A stretch of DNA of 64,000 nucleotides from Macrostomum lignano (taxonomy: Eukaryota). Where the stretch lies: the NCBI GenBank assembly GCA_002269645.1, contig NIVC01001914.1:124001-188000 (forward strand), written 5' to 3'. Below are positions 26,901 through 37,100 of the stretch, in pieces; positions within the stretch are counted from its first letter, which is position 1; each line of letters starts with the position of its first letter. The notes under the pieces are model-generated. The model saw only the letters and a list, made by a program, of their open reading frames with translations, did not search any database and was not told the DNA's origin. Made by a program: the position numbers and the translations under genes.

Positions 26901-29900
26901 AAGCTTCAGGGCTCAGAGCCTAGGCTTACCAGAGGTCAAGTCCCTCAGTTTCAGGACTCAGAGCCTAGGCTTACCAGAGGTCAAGTCCCTCAGTTTCAGG
27001 GCTCAGAGCCTAGGCTTACCAGAGGTCAAGTCCCTAAGTTTCAGGACTCAGCCTCCAACTCTCAGGTCATCATACTTCACAATAAGCAACCCTAAGGCCA
27101 CTAGGGTTCTCGGAGGACATTATTCCCTTGATTGAGTTCGAGTTCTATCCACTAATCACCTCAATTTGCACTATTGATTAGGGATTTGGCCGGGTGCCTC
27201 TGCGCTGATGCCTTTAACTCGCTTTTTAGCTCGTAGTCTCTTGGCAAGAAGAAAATCAGTCGCAAGATGCAAATCAAATGCATAATCTTCTATCATGCTG
27301 ATGTAGATTTGAGTGGGCGATAAAATGGCGGAAGGCAGCCGTAAGAACTGCGAGAAACCGAGTCGGGAGAGGGTGAGGGAGAGAGGGTGAGGGAGAGAGG
27401 GTGAGGGAGAGAGGGTGAGGGAGAGAGGGTGAGGGAGAGAGGGTGAGGGAGAGAGGTTAAGGGAGAGAGGGAGAGGCAGAGAGGGTGAGGGAGAGAGGGT
27501 GAGGGAGAGAAGGTAAGGGAGAGAGGGTGAGGGAGAGAGGGAGAGGGAGAGAGGGTGAGGGAGAGAGGGTGAGGGAGAGAAGGTAAGGGAGAGAGGGTGA
27601 GGGAGAGAGGGAGAGGCAGAGAGGGTGAGGGAGAGAGGGTGAGGGAGAGAGGGTGAGGGAGAGAGGGTGAGGGAGAGAGGGTGAGGGAGAGAGGGTGAGG
27701 GAGAGAGGGTGAGGGAGAGAGGGTGAGGGAGAGAGGGTGAGGGAGAGAGGGTGAGGGAGAGAGGGTGAGGGAGAGAGGGTGAGGGAGAGAGGGTGAGGGA
27801 GAGAGGGTGAGGGAGAGAGGGTGAGGGAGAGAGGGTGAGGGAGAGAGGGTGAGGGAGAGAGGGTGAGGGAGAGAGGGTGAGGGAGAGAGGGTGAGGGAGA
27901 GAGGGTGAGGGAGAGAGGTTAAGGGAGAGAGGGAGAGGCAGAGAGGGTGAGGGAGAGAGGGTGAGGGAGAGAGGGGAGAGGTGAGGAAGAAAAGTAGAGA
28001 AGATACCACAGAGCCAGGTGCAGTTTCTGCCAGCGTCAGCAAAGCACCAGAGTGACCCAGTCAGCTGGTCGCAATCAAGCCTAATTTGATAAATGTTCGC
28101 GAATAATCACGCCAGCCAAGTGCGAGCTCGGCCAGGACCTCTCTCCAACTCCAATCACTTCCTGTAGAGCCAGTGAGTGACTCATATGGGGATCGAGCCT
28201 GCCCTAAATTCTGTCCCTGCCTCAGCTCCCCAAGCGCCTTCCCTCGCCTTCTAGCACCAGCCAATACGGCGGTAGAATCCAAATCCCCAAACCCATTTAT
28301 AGTCTGTTTCCCTACCTAGCAGTGCTAACACGGATCCCACACGGCTAGCAAAGTCAGCCTGTTAAATCGGTAGCAATCTGGTCGAATTAATAGCTGACAG
28401 CAGATTAGAGTCACCAAAAGTAATGTCAAATCCGCCCAAAGCTGACAGTGGCGGAAACCGTGTCAGAGCGGTCCTGTCAGACATGCGTGAGTTCCGATCT
28501 TGATTCCTGTTTTAGCCTGGATTAGCCGTGTCGATAATCTCTGCTCGACCCCACCGGATACCCTTCTCGAACGGGGACAGCTTTTAATCAACCTCGCCGT
28601 GCAAAGAGGCTGACTTGATTTGCGTTTTGTTTGTTTAAACTGATTTTTGACGCTTTTTTTCTGAACTAGGTCGTTTCTAGGAAATATGAAGGAAATTTTA
28701 TAGTTGAAAAGTGTAATGTTTTTGCAAGTTTTTGTAAGAAGTTGATTGGGTAGATATTGGGCAGGGTACACAGGTAGAATAGGTAAACAGGAAGATTGGT
28801 TAGACAGGTAGGTTGGGTAGACTGGTGGATTGGGTAGACACGTATATTGTGTAGACAGGTAGATTGAGTAGACAGGTAGATTGGGTAGACAGGTAGATTG
28901 GTTAGACAGGTAGATTGGGTAGACAGATAGATTGGGTAGACAGGTAGATTGGGTAGACAGGTAATTGGGTAGACAGGTAGATTGGTAGACAGGTAGATTG
29001 GGTAGACAAGTAGATAGGGTAGTCAATGAGAAGTGTCTACCCCGCAGCCTCCCCACTGAATTGCAGTGTCGGGCTTCCCGGAGGTGAGCTCGCTCACCAT
29101 CATCATAGTGGCTGCGTTCTGCACGCTGCTCATCATCTGCCTGGTGGCCATCCTGGTCTTCTTCTGCTGCCGGAATCGCCCGCTAGCCAGCAAGGAGGCC
29201 GCGTCTTCCGGCGATGCCGCAACATCGGCTGCGAGAGCCAGCGAGCTGGACAGCCCCCCGGCCAGACGGGACAGCAGGCTGTGAGCTGCTACCCGATCTA
29301 CCTGTCTACCCAATCTACCTGTCTACCCAATCTACCTGTCTACCCGATCTACCTGTCTACCTGATCTACCTGTCTACCTGATCTACCTGTCTACCCGATC
29401 TACGTGTCTACCCAATCTACCTGTCTACCCAATCTATCTGTCTACCCAATCTATCTGTCTACCCAATCTACCTGTCTACCCGATCTACCTGTCTACCCAA
29501 TCTACCTGTCTACCCAATCTACCTGTCTAACCAATCTACCTGTCTACCCAATTACCTGTCTAACCAATCTACCTGTCTAACCAATCTACCTGTCTACCCA
29601 ATCTACCTGTCTAACCAATCTACCTGTCTACCCAATTACCTGTCTAACCAATCTACCTGTCTAACCAATCTACCTGTCTACCCAATCTACCTGCCTAAAT
29701 GCTCACCCAATTTACCTGTTTACCAAATCTACCTGTCTACCCAGTATACCTGTCTACCCAGTATACCTGTCTACCCAGTATACCTGTCTACCCAGTATAC
29801 CTGTCTACCCAGTATACCTGTCTACCCAGTATACCTGTCTACCCAGTATACCTGTCTACCCAGTATACCTGTCTACCCAGTATACCTGTCTACCCAGTAT

Positions 29901-32657
29901 ACCTGTCTACCCAGTATACCTGTCTACCCAGTATACCTGTCTACCCAGTATACCTGTCTACCCAGTATACTGTTTACCAAATCTACCTGTCTACCCAGTA
30001 TACCTGTCTACCCAGTATACCTGTCTACCCAAACTACCTGGACACAATCTACCTGAAATGAATCTGAAAACTGCCACTCCACCCAGCTCGGCTCCTTCCC
30101 ATCTCCTCACCCGCAGGCGCCGGCACCCGGAGCCGGACCTCATGGCCTCCACCTACAAGTCCTTCAGCTCCGGCAAGCCCTACGCCATGGTCTCCCCCCA
30201 CCCCAGCCTGACCAGCACAGACGAGACCTCCATTGACCAGACCAACAAGGTGTTCAGCACTCTGCTCAGCGCGAATCATCCCATTGTTGGGAATAACAGT
30301 GAGTGACCGCTGCGCTCAGTGAGCTGGATCTCAAATTTATCAGTGATGGAGTGCAGAGGCTGGAATTAGATCCCTGAATGGCAAGAGGGGGGCGGAAGAG
30401 AAGGGGCGGAAGAGAGGGGGCGGAAGAGAGGGGATGGAAGAGAGGGGCGGAAAAGAGGGGGCGGAAGAGAGAGAGGCGTCGGAATAGTGGGGGCGGAAGA
30501 GAGGGGTGGAAGAGAGGAAGGAAGGAAAAGAGGGGCGGAAAAGAGGGGCGGAAGAGAGGGGGCGGAAGAGAGGGGTGGAAGAGAGGAAGGAAGGAAAAGA
30601 GGGGCGGAAAAGAGGGGCGGAAAAGAGGGGCGGAAGAGAGGGGCGGAGGAGAGGGGGCAAGAGAAAGGGGCAGAAGAGAGGGGGGGAGGGGCCTATCACC
30701 AGCCTCCAGAAGAGACACCAGTCAGCTTCTAACCTCAGTTCAAGAACAGTCTGCACTGTTTCGTCCGCACTTATCCTACAAACATCAGCAACTTATAACA
30801 CGTACTTGATTAGCAAAGTTCAGTGCTTCAGACTCCACAATAAAGTTGATAAATTCGTTAATTGAATCAATTTATTCTGTCGGGCCAAGTTCGCCTGCCC
30901 TGAGCCAGGGTGGGGTGGCCCACACAAAGGCTGATTGATTGGCTGTGGATGTCCCGGCTCCCGGCTCATTCAAGAGGAATAGGCCCGGATTAGGATGAAG
31001 CTTAGTGATGGCTAAGGATACTAGCATATCATTATTAGCAGCGTTCAACTTGAATTTTTATATATTCGGTAACGCCAAGCCTGAGCATGCCATCAGAGCC
31101 AGTCCAGGTTCATCTGAGGTCACTTTGTCAATCCTAAATCTGAATACGACTTGATTTTATAACCCAATGTAACGGAAAGCATAGTTATGTACAAACTTAA
31201 CTACTGAGCTGAAGTCTAGTCAGTAGAAATATAGGAATTTTATAAGCTTTTTTTCGGCAAAATCTGATTACAGGCTCCCTGGCATCAGATTGCATTGAAA
31301 TGGAGCTGTGCGATTGTCGTAATTATGGTCTGTGAACCCCTGAAATTAACCAATTAATCAGGAATAATCTCACCTGTAACTGGCCTCTCAATTAATTCTT
31401 TCACATTGGCAACCTGATAGCAGTTTACGGAACTATATGGGATAAATTTGACTCAAAACCTCACATAGCCTGTTAACCTTCGAAACTTTCCTATATAAAA
31501 GCTATACTACTCATACTGCTGGTCAGTAGTGCAGCGCTAATGCAGATCGTAATTCACAACTCACACTGGTAGTTGTAAATAGCAGCTAGGCAACAAAAAT
31601 GCTAATATTTCTGCTTCTACAAGAACTATATCTATAAACCATCAATCCAGACGCATCTAGTCACTCCTGACACCCATCTATAGACACTCCTGACACTCAT
31701 ATATAGACACTCCTGACACCCATTTATAGACACTCCTGACATCCATTTATAGACACTCCTGACACCCATTTATAGACACTCCTGACACCCATTTATAGAC
31801 ACTCCTGACATCCATTTATAGACACTCCTGACACCCATTTATAGACACTCCTGACACCCATTTATAGACACTCCTGACACCCATTTATAGACACTCCTGA
31901 CACCCATTTATAGACACTCCTGACACCCATTTATAGACACTCCTGACACCGATTTATAGACACTCCTGACACCCATTTGTAGACACTCCTGACATCCATT
32001 TATAGACACTCCTGACATCCATTTATAGACACTCCTGACATCCATTTATAGACACTCCTGACACCCATTTATAGACACTCCTGACATCCATTTATAGACA
32101 CTCCTGACATCCATTTATAGACACTCCTGACACCCATTTGTAGACACTCCTGACATCCATTTATAGACACTCCTGACATCCATTTATAGACACTCCTGAC
32201 ACCCATTTATAGACACTCCTGACACCCATTTATAGACACTTCTGACACCGATTTATAGACACTCCTGACACCCATTTATAGACACTCCTGACACCCATTT
32301 ATAGACACTTCTGACACCGATTTATAGACACTCCTGACACCCATTTATAGACACTCCTGACACACATTTATAGACACTCCTGACACCCATTTATAGACAC
32401 TTCTGACACCGATTTATAGACACTCCTGACACCCATCTGCAGTCACTCCTGATGCCCATCAATCGTTCGTAGAATATTTTTAGACTTGTTTTAACCTTCA
32501 ATATAAATTTTTGTTACACAATTGCTACAGAGAATTAATTTAATGTCGCTTCCCAATGTCATCCCCGATTGCAGACCTGGAGTCGGGGTCAGACAACAGC
32601 GGCACATTCCTGCACCCGGGCCGGCAAAGAAAAGTCATTTATGAAGTTGTCGTCTGA
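11582..32657 (+). CDS. ed: Echinoid/Fred-like Ig-superfamily adhesion receptor (7 Ig + FN3 + degenerate FN3 + TM + PDZ-binding tail); 5' signal-peptide exon unresolved
   Basis: Exons 11582-11941, 18840-19166, 20403-20531, 20633-21506, 22158-22294, 22517-23419, 29067-29280, 30117-30298 and 32575-32657 all have AG/GT boundaries and matching phases, and join into one open frame of about 1069 codons. Seven C..W..YxC-type Ig domains, FN3 (GPPDPPTNL), hydrophobic TM and C-terminus RKVIYEVVV resemble echinoid (7 Ig, 2 FN3, EIIV). Orthology is from architecture, not a search. Confidence 0.85.
13312..14075. repeat. 14-bp minisatellite (GATAGAAAGTGAGA)n, interrupted at 13550-13650
   Basis: Direct reading. 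Confidence 0.95.
14835..15870. repeat. 20-bp minisatellite (AGTGAGGAGGGACAAGGAGG)n
   Basis: Direct reading. Confidence 0.96.
16509..16911 (+). mobile_element. tRNA-derived SINE in the ed intron
   Basis: A-box-like GTGGTTACAGCATCGG, B-box GGTTCG at 16550, central CATCCAGCTATAAAATTGGTGCCAGCATTAGCTGGGGGTAA resembling conserved invertebrate SINE domains, and an (ATT)n-like tail. Confidence 0.6.
17215..17690. repeat. GA-rich low-complexity tract
   Basis: Direct reading. Confidence 0.93.
18840..19166 (+). CDS. ed: ed-like exon: Ig domain 2
   Basis: atcgcag|ca acceptor, t|gtgagt donor; [18 protein letters not shown]...IVCHTAHP. Confidence 0.88.
19255..20335. repeat. 21-bp minisatellite (GTAGACTTGAGTAGGTTTGCG)n filling the ed intron
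   Basis: Direct reading, about 50 units. Confidence 0.96.
20403..20531 (+). CDS. ed: ed-like exon: first half of Ig domain 3 (missed by ORF track)
   Basis: ccgcag|ac acceptor, cag|gtaaaa donor; joins to give [18 protein letters not shown]. Confidence 0.85.
20633..21506 (+). CDS. ed: ed-like exon: Ig domains 3-6
   Basis: ggcag|ag acceptor, ct|gtgagt donor; [38 protein letters not shown]. Confidence 0.92.
21518..22052. repeat. 39-40-bp minisatellite containing GCCAATCAGA
   Basis: 13 intact units plus 1 degenerate. Confidence 0.95.
22158..22294 (+). CDS. ed: ed-like exon: end of Ig domain 6
   Basis: caccag|c acceptor (phase 2), t|gtaagt donor; [25 protein letters not shown]. Confidence 0.88.
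22517..23419 (+). CDS. ed: ed-like exon: Ig domain 7 + FN3 + degenerate FN3
   Basis: cttcag|tt acceptor, a|gtgagt donor; [27 protein letters not shown]; [30 protein letters not shown]. Confidence 0.92.
23681..24375 (+). pseudogene. Tc1/IS630-like transposase remnant
   Basis: Paired-like HTH ([41 protein letters not shown]) followed by stops, and a C-terminal-like piece [11 protein letters not shown]; no catalytic core. Confidence 0.5.
25350..26112. repeat. (CTCACTGCT)n 9-mer (25350-25566) followed by CT-rich tract (25620-26112)
   Basis: Direct reading. Confidence 0.95.
26655..27052. repeat. 45-bp tandem repeat, about 9 copies
   Basis: CTCAGAGCCTAGGCTTACCAGAGGTCAAGTCCCTCAGTTTCAGGA units, no spacers. 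Confidence 0.96.
27366..27985. repeat. 14-bp (GAGGGAGAGAGGGT)n
   Basis: Direct reading. Confidence 0.96.
28785..29022. repeat. 17-bp minisatellite (ATTGGGTAGACAGGTAG)n, upstream arm
   Basis: Direct reading. Confidence 0.93.
29067..29280 (+). CDS. ed: ed-like exon: transmembrane helix and juxtamembrane region
   Basis: ttgcag|tg acceptor, ct|gtgagc donor; [25 protein letters not shown] followed by RNR. Confidence 0.88.
29290..30055. repeat. 17-bp minisatellite (ACCCAATCTACCTGTCT)n, inverted downstream arm, with an AGTA-variant block from about 29735
   Basis: Exact reverse complement of the upstream unit. Confidence 0.95.
30117..30298 (+). CDS. ed: ed-like exon: cytoplasmic domain
   Basis: cccgcag|g acceptor (phase 2), a|gtgagt donor; [16 protein letters not shown].. 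Confidence 0.8.
30384..30690. repeat. GA/GGCGGAA-rich degenerate repeat
   Basis: Direct reading. Confidence 0.85.
31660..32450. repeat. 23-bp minisatellite (ATAGACACTCCTGACACCCATTT)n in the last ed intron
   Basis: Direct reading. Confidence 0.96.
32575..32657 (+). CDS. ed: ed-like terminal exon with PDZ-binding motif (RKVIYEVVV*)
   Basis: gattgcag|ac acceptor, phase 1; translates [27 protein letters not shown]-stop. Confidence 0.85.
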
Positions 32658-33705
32658 TGCCGCGAACAAATCGCCGCATATATGTACGATAGTGTATACA
32701 TACTACTCACGACGCCATTAACGACAGTAGTATAATTTCTGGAGCGCACATTTTGAAAAATAATTTCGGGCGGCTAAAAATCGCCAAGCATTTGTCTTTC
32801 AGGTCTCTCCGCATGTACTGGATTGTCACAATTCATCTGCTAACTGTATTTGATTGATTTTTAAAACTCAAATTCTCCTACTTATGAGTAGAGTCTATAG
32901 CGCGAAATGCAATTTTATTCGAAGCTGTATCTTTTGCGTAGCTCATAATTTTGCGAATCAGCGATTAAATTGGGCTAAATTTCATTCACCCCGCCATGCT
33001 CATATATCTGCTCACTCGCACAATCTAGTCAAAAATGTTAGACCATGCCATTTTAACAAAGCAGCAATATTAACAAAGTTATATTTGTGAAGCGCAGATT
33101 GTACAGAGGGATCAATTTGCTTATCTGTAATTATAATGATTAGTTATCTTATCAGTGTTCTGATGATCTTATTAATTAATTTATCACTGCTCTGTTTGAT
33201 CGACTGGGTAGCCAATTATAACAAATCAAATGCCGTCTCAAAGTTAAAGTTAACCTCAAGCCTGCCAAGTTTTGTGTTGTAAAACTTTCTGTATTAATTC
33301 TCTAGTATAATTGTTAATAATTCGCTGTTGGAAATTTCCCATTGCAATATATGTAAACATGTATTTTTACCTTCGAATAAATTTGTTATACGAGTGTAGC
33401 TAAAATATTTTGTACTTTTATGATAAGGTAAGAAACTCGAACCTCTACTTGTTTGGAAAAATAAAAGTTCTAACAAATAAAAAACTGGATCATTGATTTT
33501 GTACAGCTTCTGAGTCTATTTAAAAGTTTTATAGAAAATCTGTTTTAACTTTTTTTTCTACACGGTAGGAAGTATTACGAAAAAAACTCGTTTTCGCTAC
33601 TTAAAGTAGCATGATTTCCGATGAACTACTAAAAATATTAATTTGTTTTGAAGCTATTAAAATCTGAATTCCCAGTTCTACTCAATGGTCGATTTGAATC
33701 AAAAT

Positions 33706-33980
33706 TCAATAGGACGAATGTATGAAGCGGTCGCGACCTCGGTTGAACTCTACAACGCCGCGCCGGCAGATAGTGATGTTGCCCAGACTCCTGTCGTGAT
33801 AGAAGACGCGCGAGGCGGCAAATCCCTGGGCTGGCGTCATGCTGGCGTTCCAGGCTGGCAGGATTCGAGCCTGGGCGTGCTCGCAGCACAGGGTGTGCGC
33901 CTTCAGCGCCTGCGGCTCCGCGTAGGCACGGTGGCAGGCCGGGGCGCCGGGACAGGCAAAGCGGTACGTCTCCATGGCAA
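33706..33980 (-). CDS. C2H2-type zinc-finger exon; probable terminal exon of the BicC-like gene (alternatively a separate 89-aa gene)
   Basis: FAC-x5-C-x3-Y-x5-L-x2-H-x5-H pattern (FACPGAPACHRAYAEPQALKAHTLCCEH); GC-rich island; acceptor tttttctag| at 33981, phase 1, matching the 41948 donor; GCCATGG at 33975 could also serve as a start. Confidence 0.65.
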
Positions 33981-34115
33981 CTAGAAAAATGTATGAAAAT
34001 TATAGGAATAGGGATAAGGCGAACCCAACGACATTTTGGGCTTAAAATATCTAAAAAATTTAAACAGAAACAGGAGACCAGCTTTAGGGACGACTTTATC
34101 GACTCAAGCTTTTAT

Positions 34116-37100
34116 CAGGTGCCCCCGGCTGTGTCGAACAGGTACCCCCGGCTGTGTCTAACAGGTGCCCCCGGCTGTGTCGAACAGGTGCCCCCGGCTG
34201 TGTCTAACAGGTGCCCCCGGCTGTGTCGAACAGGTGCCCCCCGGCTGTGTCTAACAGGTGCCCCCCAGCTGTGTCTAACAGGTGCCCCCCAGCTGTGTCT
34301 AACAGGTGCCCCCGGCTGTGTCTAACAGGTGCGGCCCCCCGGCTGTGTCTAACAGGTGCGGCCCCCCGGCTGTGTCTAACAGGTGCCCCCCGGCTGTGTC
34401 TAACAGCTGCCCCCCCGGCTGTGTCTAACAGGTGCCCCCGGCTGTGTCTAACAGGTGCCCCCCGGCTGTGTCTAACAGGTGCCCCCCGGCTGTGTCTAAC
34501 AGCTGCCCCCCCCCGGCTGTGTCTAACAGGTGCCCCCGGCTGTGTCTAACAGGTGCCCCCGGCTGTGTCTAACAGGTGCGGCCCCCGGCTGTGTCTAACA
34601 GGTGCCCCCGGCTGTGTCTAACAGGTGCGGCCCCCCGGCTGTGTCTAACAGGTGCCCCCGGCTGTGTCTAACAGGTGCCCCCCAGCTGTCTAACAGGTGC
34701 CCCCCAGCTGTGTCTAACAGGTGCCCCCGGCTGTGTCTAACAGGTGCCCCCGGCTGTGTCTAACAGGTGCCCCCCGGCTGTGTCTAACAGCTGCCCCCCC
34801 GGCTGTGTCTAACAGCTGCCCCCGGCTGTGTCTAACAGGTGCCCCCCGGCTGTGTCTAACAGGTGCCCCCGGCTGTGTCTAACAGCTGCCCCCCGGCTGT
34901 GTCTAACAGGTGCCCCCGGCTGTGTCTAACAGGTGCCCCCGGCTGTGTCTAACAGCTGCCCCCCCCCCCGGCTGTGTCTAACAGGTGCCCCCGGCTGTGT
35001 CTAACAGGTGCGGCCCCCCGGCTGTGTCTAACAGGTGCCCCCCGGCTGTGTCTAACAGCTGCCCCGGCTGTGTCTAACAGGTGCCCCCCGGCTGTGTCTA
35101 ACAGCTGCCCCCCCCGGCTATGTCTAACAGGTGCCCCCGGCTGTGTCTAACAGGTGCCCCCGGCTGTGTCTAACAGCTGCCCCCCGGCTGTGTCTAACAG
35201 GTGCCCCGGCTGTGTCTAACAGGTGCCCCCCGGCTGTGTCTAACAGGTGCCCCCGGCTGTGCCTAACAGCTGCCCCCCCGGCTGTGTCTAACAGGTGCCC
35301 CCCAGCTGTGTCTAACAGGTGCCCCGGCTGTGTCGAACAGGTGCCCCCGGCTGTGTCTAACAGCTGCCCCCCCGGCTGTGTCTAACAGGTGCCCCCCCCG
35401 GCTGTGTCTAACAGGTGCCCCGGCTGTGTCTAACAGCTGCCCCCCGGCTGTGTCTAACAGGTGCCCCCCGGCTGTGTCTAACAGCTGCCCCCCGGCTGTG
35501 TCTAACAGGTGCCCCCCGGCTGTGTCTAACAGCTGCCCCCCGGCTGTGTCTAACAGGTGCCCCCCAGCTGTGTCTAACAGGTGCCCCCGGCTGTGTCTAA
35601 CAGGTGCGGCCCCCCGGCTGTGTCTAACAGGTGCCCCCGGCTGTGTCTAACAGCTGCCCCCCGGCTGTGTCTAACAGGTGCCCCCGGCTGTGTCTAACAG
35701 GTGCGGCCCCCGGCTGTGTCTAACAGGTGCCCCGGCTGTGTCTAACAGGTGCCCCCGGCTGTGTCTAACAGCTGCCCCCCGGCTGTGTCTAACAGGTGCC
35801 CCCCGGCTGTGTCTAACAGGTGCCCCCGGCTGTGTCTAACAGCTGCCCCCGGCTGTGTCTAACAGCTGCCCCCCGGCTGTGTCTAACAGGTGCCCCCGGC
35901 TGTGTCTAACAGGTGCCCCCGGCTGTGTCTAACAGGTGCCCCCCAGCTGTCTAACAGGTGCCCCCCAGCTGTGTCTAACAGGTGCCCCCGGCTGTGTCTA
36001 ACAGGTGCGGCCCCCGGCTGTGTCTAACAGGTGCCCCCCGGCTGTGTCTAACAGGTGCCCCCAGCTGACTAACAGGTGCCCCCAGCTGTGTCTAACAGGT
36101 GCCCCCGGCTGTGTCTAACAGGTGCGGCCCCCGGCTGTGTCTAACAGGTGCGGCCCCCCGGCTGTGTCTAACAGGTGCCCCCGGCTGTGTCTAACAGCTG
36201 CCCCCCCGGCTGTGTCTAACAGCTGCCCCCGGCTGTGTCTAACAGGTGCCCCCCGGCTGTGTCTAACAGGTGCCCCCGGCTGTGTCTAACAGCTGCCCCC
36301 CCCGGCTGTGTCTAACAGGTGCCCCGGCTGTGTCTAACAGGTGCCCCCGGCTGTGTCTAACAGCTGCCCCCCCCCGGCTGTGTCTAACAGGTGCCCCGGC
36401 TGTGTCTAACAGGTGCGGCCCCCGGCTGTGTCTAACAGGTGCCCCCGGCTGTGTCTAACAGCTGCCCCCCCCGGCTGTGTCTAACAGGTGCCCCCGGCTG
36501 TGTCTAACAGGTGCCCCCGGCTGTGTCTAACAGGTGCCCCCCGGCTGTGTCTAACAGGTGCCCCCCGGCTGTGTCTAACAGCTGCCCCCCCGGCTGTGTC
36601 TAACAGGTGCCCCCCCCCCGGCTGTGTCTAACAGGTGCCCCCGGCTGTGTCTAACAGGTGCCCCCCGGCTGTGTCTAACAGGTGCCCCCGGCTGTGTCTA
36701 ACAGCTGCCCCCCGGCTGTGTCTAACAGGTGCCCCCGGCTGTGTCTAACAGCTGCCCCCCGGCTGTGTCTAACAGGTGCCCCCCAGCTGTGTCTAACAGG
36801 TGCCCCCCGGCTGTGTCTAACAGGTGCGGCCCCCGGCTGTGTCTAACAGGTGCCCCCGGCTGTGTCTAACAGCTGCCCCCCGGCTGTGTCTAACAGGTGC
36901 CCCCGGCTGTGTCTAACAGGGCGGCCCCCGGCTGTGTCTAACAGGTGCCCCCGGCTGTGTCTAACAGGTGCCCCCGGCTGTGTCTAACAGCTGCCCCCCG
37001 GCTGTGTCTAACAGGTGCCCCCCGGCTGTGTCTAACAGGTGCCCCCGGCTGTGTCTAACAGCTGCCCCCCGGCTGTGTCTAACAGGTGCCCCCGGCTGTG

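Noticed and set aside
26655-27052. CRISPR-like appearance of the 45-bp (and 39-40-bp) repeats with internal palindrome
   Set aside because: Head-to-tail units with no unique spacers, no cas genes, eukaryotic intron context
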